Part shown: positions 58,617 through 64,000 of the stretch, piece after piece
Position numbering within the stretch: the first letter of the stretch is position 1
Layout: each line of letters begins with the position of its first letter
Assembly (NCBI GenBank): GCA_965215505.1
Contig: OZ244065.1
Location: 864,001 to 928,000 of the forward strand
Reading direction: 5' to 3'
From: Capsulimonadaceae bacterium
GTDB taxonomy: Bacteria; Armatimonadota; Armatimonadia; Armatimonadales; Capsulimonadaceae
DNA: 64,000 bases
Notes under the pieces: generated by a model
Told to the model about the DNA's origin: nothing
Databases searched by the model: none
Seen by the model: only the letters and a program-made list of their open reading frames with translations
Translations under genes and position numbers: made by a program

Positions 58617-58973
58617 TTACTCCGTAGAGGTAAAAACTTCTTCCTGCGTGCCTGCTTCAGTGAGCGATTCGACAACTCCGTATGAAGCCGAGCGGCGTTT
58701 GGTTTCGCGCCGCCAGAACTCGTGAACCTCATCCGGGATGTTGACAGTTTTGGCGTCAGCGATCAGTTCGACCTCCCAAGGATTGAACATCATGCCGGTG
58801 CCTGTGCCGTCAGCCCTGTAGAAATCAGCCTCATAGCAGTAGCAAGGCCAGGGGCCGCTCGCACACCAAACATAGCCTGCATCGCCCGCCTTCAACTCAT
58901 CATCAGGATGATCGCCCAACAGCCTCACCATGTCTCCGACTTGAAAATCCAAGTCGAGCTTTTCAGTCGCCAT
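58617..58973 (-). CDS. DUF4926-like small protein
   Basis: GDMVRLL.D....LKAGDAGYV...YEADF; SD AAGGGG. Confidence 0.6.
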   Translation of the reverse strand: MATEKLDLDFQVGDMVRLLGDHPDDELKAGDAGYVWCASGPWPCYCYEADFYRADGTGTGMMFNPWEVELIADAKTVNIPDEVHEFWRRETKRRSASYGVVESLTEAGTQEEVFTSTE

Positions 58974-59050
58974 AGAACACCCTTTCAGCCAGCGGAACGC
59001 GCAAGAAGGGTGGAGTCAAGTTCCGCCCCTGCATATGCCATATTCGGCAT

Positions 59051-59076
59051 GTAGGGGTAGGGCTTGCCCCTACCCT
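59051..59076. repeat. GTAG-type REP palindrome
   Basis: GTAGGGGTAGGGCTTGCCCCTACCCT. Confidence 0.7.
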
Positions 59077-59096
59077 CTCTTCCTGCTCCGCGCCCC

Positions 59097-59813
59097 TCAC
59101 AGGTCAGGGATCTGCCAGTCTATCTCGGGCTTGCCCCAGCCGCGCAGGGCGGCGTTGATCTGCGAGAACGGCTTGCTGCCGAAAAAGCCGTTGCGGGCGG
59201 ACAGCGGCGAGGGGTGCGCGGACTGGACGACGAGGTGGCGCGTGGCGTCAATCAGTGGCAGCTTCTTCTGGGCGTAGCCGCCCCACAGGACGAAGACGAC
59301 CGGGTCGGGGCGGGCGGAAACGTGGCGGATGACGCTGTCCGTGAAGGTCTCCCAGCCTTTGCCTTTGTGCGAGTTGGCCGTGTGGGCGCGCACCGTCAGC
59401 ACCGCATTCAGCATCAGGACTCCCTGCGCGGCCCACGGCACGAGGTAGCCGTTGTTCGGGATGCGGCAGCCCTGATCGTCCCGCAGCTCTTTGTAGATGT
59501 TGACCAGCGAGGGCGGCGTCTCGACGCCGGGGCGGACCGAGAAGCACAGGCCGTGCGCCTGACCCGGCCCGTGGTATGGGTCCTGGCCCAGCAGGAAGAC
59601 GCGGATGTCATCGAAGGGGGCAAGCTGGAAGGCCGAATACACGTCCTCGGCGGGCGGGTAGACGGCGTGGCGGGCGCGCTCATCGGCGACGAACTCTTGC
59701 AGCTTGGGCCAGTACGGCTTGTCGAATTCGCCGGAAAGCGCGGCAAGCCACGAGGCGGGCAGCGGCGGGGGCGGGACGGGGTCAACCGAGTCGAACAGGG
59801 AAGATTGTGCCAT
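59097..59813 (-). CDS. ung: Uracil-DNA glycosylase (family 1)
   Basis: LGQDPYHG, GLCFSV, PPSLVNIYKEL, HPSPLS. Confidence 0.96.
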   Translation of the reverse strand: MAQSSLFDSVDPVPPPPLPASWLAALSGEFDKPYWPKLQEFVADERARHAVYPPAEDVYSAFQLAPFDDIRVFLLGQDPYHGPGQAHGLCFSVRPGVETPPSLVNIYKELRDDQGCRIPNNGYLVPWAAQGVLMLNAVLTVRAHTANSHKGKGWETFTDSVIRHVSARPDPVVFVLWGGYAQKKLPLIDATRHLVVQSAHPSPLSARNGFFGSKPFSQINAALRGWGKPEIDWQIPDL

Positions 59814-59874
59814 ACCAGATTGTACCCGGCGGCAGGGGAATCCCGTTCCCCCGGCGAACTAAGCGGGCAAGGAG

Positions 59875-61803
59875 ATGGCGCAAATGACGGCGGAAAAGTT
59901 TGAAGCACAGGTGCGACGGCTGGAGCGGTACGCGAAGGAGTCGCCGTCGGCCTATCGGGCGCATGTCGGGCTGCTGGCGGCGCTCGGCTACGGTTACATC
60001 TTCGCCGTCGTCCTGCTGCTGCTGGGGATGATCGCCCTGCTGATCGGGATGATCGGCGGCATCGCGTACTACGCTTCCCGCAGCGGCAGTTTCGCCGCGC
60101 TCAACGCCATGAAGATACTCGTCCCCCTGGGCGTCGGGCTGCTGTCGCTGATCGGCATGATCTTCCGCTCCTTCCTGGTGAGCTTCCCGGAGCCGGACGG
60201 CATCCCCATCGAGCGCGCCCAGGCCCCCCGGCTGTTCGCGGCGCTGGACGAGATCTGCCGGACGCTGGAAGCGCCCCGCTTCGACCATGTACTGGTGCAA
60301 GACGAGTTCAACGCCTCCGTCTTCCAGCGCCCCCGGTTCGGCCTGCTGGGGGGCCACACCAACTACCTGATGCTGGGGCTGCCGCTGATGGAGGCCGTCC
60401 CGGCTGCCTCGTTCCGCGCCGTCCTCGCCCACGAGATCGGCCACCTCTCGCGCAGCCACAATCGCTTCAGCGGCTGGGTCTACCGCGTCCGCGCGACCTG
60501 GGACCAGATGCTGCGGTCCTTGGTCCAGCAGCGGCACGGCGGCCTTTCTCTGTTCCTGCCCTTCTTCCGCTGGTATTCTCCCTATTTCGCGGCCTACTCG
60601 TTCGTCCTGCGCCGCGAGAACGAGTATGTCGCGGACCGCTGCGCCGCCCAGGTGTGCGGCCCGGAGGGGGCGGCCCAGATGCTGGTCCTGAGCGAGCTGA
60701 AAGGGCGCTGCTACGGCCAGGAGTTCGGGAGGAGCCTGCTGAAGCAGGCTCGCACCCAGCCCAGCGTCCGGAGCGACCTGTACAGCAGCCTGAAGGCCAG
60801 CCTGTTGCAGCCGTCCGAACACGAGATGCAGTGGTACGAGGACGCTTTGGAGGAGCGGACTGGGCTTGGCGACACGCACCCGAGCCTGACCGACCGGCTG
60901 GCCGCCCTGGGGTTCCGCATGGTCCCCGGTGGCCCGCTCGACCTCCCGAAGCCGCCCCTGCCGCTGCCGCCGCCGGTGAGGGAAACCGCCGCCGACACCT
61001 ACCTCGGCCCGCTGCGCGACCGGATCATGCCGAAGTTCAATGCCGCCCGGCGTCAGGAGATCGCGGGGGCCTGGGTCCAGCAGAACCAGCAGGCCCGCCT
61101 CCAGGAGCAGAAGCTGGAAGACCTGGAAGCGCGGACCGTCCAGGGCCGGCTGACGCTGGCGGAGGCCTGAGAGCGGGCGCTGCTCTTCGCCCAGGTACAT
61201 GGGGAGGCGGAGGCCCTGCCGGTCATCCACGAGTACCTGCGCGCGCAGCCGGACAACGCCGAGGCCAACTTCGTCTTCGGCAAGATGCTCCTGGATCGCA
61301 AAGACGCGCGCGGCATCCCCTACCTCAAAAAAGCCATGGAACTCACCCCGGCCTCCGTCGGCGCGGCCTGCGAAGCGATCTACTGGTTCCTGCGCGGCCA
61401 GGGCAGGCCCGCCGAGGCCGTCTCCTACCGGGAGCGCGCACTCAAACACCAGCGCGAGTGGGAGGCGGGCCATGCCGAGCGCGAGACCGTGGAACCAACC
61501 GACCGGTTCATCTACCACGGGCTGTCCCAGGAAGAGCTGACACGGTTCCGCGAACAGCTCGCGCGCTTCGAGGCCGTCGGCAAGGCTTACCTCGTCCGCA
61601 AGCAGGTCAAGTACCTGCCGGACAAGCCGCTGTACATACTGGGAATCGTCCCCGCCGGGTCGCGGGACTCCGACCTCGCCTCATGGCTGGGTTCCAAGCT
61701 CCAGCTCCCCGGTGAAACCATCCTGATCGTCCTCACCGGGAACATGCAGAAAATGGAACGGCCGCTGGCACAGCTCGCGTCGGCCCGCATTCTCAGCCGG
61801 TGA
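59875..61803 (+). pseudogene. M48 metallopeptidase with C-terminal TPR, split by an in-frame TGA at 61168-61170
   Basis: FNAS, LAHEIGH, RENEYVAD, THP; frame continues without shift into ORF 61285-61803. Confidence 0.8.
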
Positions 61804-61807
61804 ACGG

Positions 61808-63049
61808 CTACCCGTCCGACGTGAACTCCGCCCCGCGCGCTTCTTTGCCCAGGGCCGTCACCAGGGCGACGGCCAGCAGGACCACAAGAATGACCGTGGA
61901 CAGGCCCAAAGCATAGTCGGGGTGCTTGACGCCGCCGTGCCCCTCGGCGATCTTCGTCTGGATGTTGGCGTTCGCGGCGGCAAACAGGTTGCCGAGTTGA
62001 TACGCGAATCCGGTGAAGGTCCCGCGGAAGGCAGTAGGCGCAAGCTCGGTCAGGTGGGCGGGGATGACGCCCCACGCCCCCTGGACGCAGAACTGCATCA
62101 GGAACGCACCGACGCCGAGCAGGATCGGGGAATGCGAAAAGGCCCACAAGGGGATGACCGGCAGGCCGAGCAGGGCGAAGACGACGATGGCCCGGCGCCG
62201 CCCGATCCGCTGCGACAGGGTGCCGACGACGATGCCGCCGATCAGCGCCCCGAGGTTGTAGACGATCACGATGTTGCTGACGGTGCGGTCGTCGAACTTG
62301 CGCTGCACCTGGAGGAACTTCGGGTAAAGGTCCTGCGTCCCGTGCGACATGAAAGTGAAGGCGGTCATCAGCAGGACGAGGTACACGAACAGGCCGCCGT
62401 GCTGCCGCAACGCCTGGCCCCAATCAATGCGCTCGCGCGTGGGCCGCTCCCGCTCCCAGACGGGCGACTCCTTGACCTTGGACCGGATGAACAGCGACAG
62501 CAGGGCGGGGGCCGCGCCGATGAAGAACATCCAGCGCCAGCCCAGATGCGGCACGACGAGCGGGTACAGAACCGCCCCCAGCAGGTAACCCACCGGGTAG
62601 CCCTGCTGCAAGATGCCGGACAGCAGCCCGCGCGACGCGGCGGGCGTACTTTCCAGTGCGAGCGACGCCCCCAGCCCCCATTCGCCGCCCATCGCCACGC
62701 CGAACAGGGCGCGCAGGATTAGGAACGCCGTCAAAGTCGGTGCGAAGCCCGAGGCGAGTTCCAGGACGGAGTAGAGGATGACGTCTATCATCAGCGGGAT
62801 GCGCCGCCCATACCGGTCCGCCATCGCCCCGAACAGGAACGCCCCGATGGGGCGGCAGGCCAGAGTCGCGAACAGGATGGACGCGCCCTGCTGCGGGGAG
62901 GCGTGGAACTCCTTCTCGATGTCTTTGAGGACGAAGACGACCACGAAGAAGTCGAAGGCGTCCAGGGTCCAGCCGAGATAGGCCGCGAGAAAGGCGTTCC
63001 TTTGGTCCGTCGTCAGCGCCCGTAACTGTGCCAAAATCCCTATGTTCAT
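61808..63049 (-). CDS. MFS carboxylate transporter (Jen1/NanT-like)
   Basis: GWTLDAFDFF, ADRYGRR, MGGEWG, QQGYPVGY, MSHGTQDLYP. Confidence 0.9.
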   Translation of the reverse strand: MNIGILAQLRALTTDQRNAFLAAYLGWTLDAFDFFVVVFVLKDIEKEFHASPQQGASILFATLACRPIGAFLFGAMADRYGRRIPLMIDVILYSVLELASGFAPTLTAFLILRALFGVAMGGEWGLGASLALESTPAASRGLLSGILQQGYPVGYLLGAVLYPLVVPHLGWRWMFFIGAAPALLSLFIRSKVKESPVWERERPTRERIDWGQALRQHGGLFVYLVLLMTAFTFMSHGTQDLYPKFLQVQRKFDDRTVSNIVIVYNLGALIGGIVVGTLSQRIGRRRAIVVFALLGLPVIPLWAFSHSPILLGVGAFLMQFCVQGAWGVIPAHLTELAPTAFRGTFTGFAYQLGNLFAAANANIQTKIAEGHGGVKHPDYALGLSTVILVVLLAVALVTALGKEARGAEFTSDG

Positions 63050-63097
63050 GGCTTTCTGGTTCCTTTCGCCTGCCTGATTTGCTGGGTATAATCGCGC

Positions 63098-63751
63098 ATG
63101 GACTTCCCTGCCAGCTACGGCACTCTCGTCGGGGGCGGTTTCTTCGCCTGGATCTTCGTGGCGCTGGCCTTCGCCTCCGCCGGGCTGCGGGAGGGAGGTC
63201 TGGTTTGCCGGGAAACGCCCACAGGAAGAGTCTACAGCGCGCACCCCTGCGGGCGGATATTTGCCGCCATGATGGGCCTTCTTTTCACCGTCTACGCACC
63301 GCTGATGTATGGGTTTATGTTCCTGGAACCGGCCCAGAATCAGGCCTCCATGTCAGGCGGAGACTGGTTCCCGTTCGCACTCCTGGTCTGCATGAACGTC
63401 GCGATGGGAGTTCTCATGTTCTGGCTTGCCGGACCGAACGATTTTTTCATAGATTTAGATCGGCGCACTTATCGGCATACTCACGGCTGGGCGTTTCACC
63501 AGAAAGTGGTGACCGGGATGCTGGACGATGAGATCGCAGGCGTCTTTGTTCGGTGCGTCTCCATGAACAGCCGCTATGACGTTGGCCTCATCTGGAAGCG
63601 GGGGCAGAGGTGGAAGCGGCTGGTCATGTTCAACCGCTCCGGCCGCGCCGACCGGTGTGCGGAGGAAACGGCGGCGGCACTGGGGCTGCCGCTGGTCGCG
63701 CCGCCGTCTTATCTGAAGTCTTCCAGAGACGTCCGCAACGGCCTCGGCTGA
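63098..63751 (+). CDS. Hypothetical membrane protein
   Basis: Three TM helices; TATAAT 5 nt before ATG. Confidence 0.65.
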   Translation: MDFPASYGTLVGGGFFAWIFVALAFASAGLREGGLVCRETPTGRVYSAHPCGRIFAAMMGLLFTVYAPLMYGFMFLEPAQNQASMSGGDWFPFALLVCMNVAMGVLMFWLAGPNDFFIDLDRRTYRHTHGWAFHQKVVTGMLDDEIAGVFVRCVSMNSRYDVGLIWKRGQRWKRLVMFNRSGRADRCAEETAAALGLPLVAPPSYLKSSRDVRNGLG

Positions 63752-63767
63752 GTGGGTATAATCCCAC

Positions 63768-64000
63768 ATGAGCGTTCCCGTCACCGGCGAGCAGGTCGTG
63801 GGCATCGGCTTCTTCGCCTTTGTCGTGCTGGGCGTGATCTTTGCTTTCATAGACAACCGACGGGAACGGGATGAACGCAACAAGCCTCTCCCGCCTCTCC
63901 CAAGAGAAACAGCCTTTCGTAAGCCGCGGGGCGTCCGGCTTTTCATGGCGCTGCTTGCGGCCTTCATCATCACCGGCTACCCGCTCCTGTACGCAGTGGG
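63768..64000 (+). CDS. Hypothetical membrane protein (partial)
   Basis: MSVPVTGEQVVGIGFFAFVVLGVIFAFID...; TATAAT 5 nt before ATG; open to the window end. Confidence 0.55.
   Translation, partial: MSVPVTGEQVVGIGFFAFVVLGVIFAFIDNRRERDERNKPLPPLPRETAFRKPRGVRLFMALLAAFIITGYPLLYAV

Noticed and set aside
10679..59813. dut, radA, dinG-like helicase, glycosylase and ung as a DNA-repair or uracil-DNA system
   Set aside because: Scattered over 49 kb in separate transcription units; ordinary housekeeping genes.
61168..61215. Selenocysteine recoding of the TGA (small hairpin CCCA-GGTACA-TGGG downstream)
   Set aside because: No redox or Cys-type context, the position suits Trp in a helical region, and such hairpins are common at this GC content.

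Overview
GC-rich bacterial chromosome segment. Gene content (DUF6785-type transporter, DUF5696-like hydrolase, many secreted hypotheticals) suggests Armatimonadota or a similar soil lineage; this is inference only. Most of the window is housekeeping and metabolic genes: a rex-fumC-thuA-dprE2/dprE1-like-ybaK-deaminase-sulfatase run, dut, a sensor kinase, radA, a dinG-like helicase, sodA, cbb3 oxidase ccoN/ccoO, ABC-F, glycoside hydrolases and ung. Accessory features: (1) a ~1 kb AT-richer island with an HNH endonuclease whose stop codon lies inside an atypical tRNA-Val(TAC), plus a tRNA 3' fragment and a CCA-encoding tRNA-Phe; (2) a 3.85 kb block bounded by perfect 52-bp inverted REP-like repeats that holds an IS3 element without target duplication; (3) a degenerate duplication of the dinG end plus sodA upstream region in front of an AAA-ATPase/TPR pair; (4) a 166-bp palindromic MITE/REPIN-like element; (5) a structured leader before the ABC-F gene. 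A Rex operator overlaps the rex promoter, and several genes look leaderless. No CRISPR array, rRNA or prophage was seen. All product calls come from motif recognition, not database searches.
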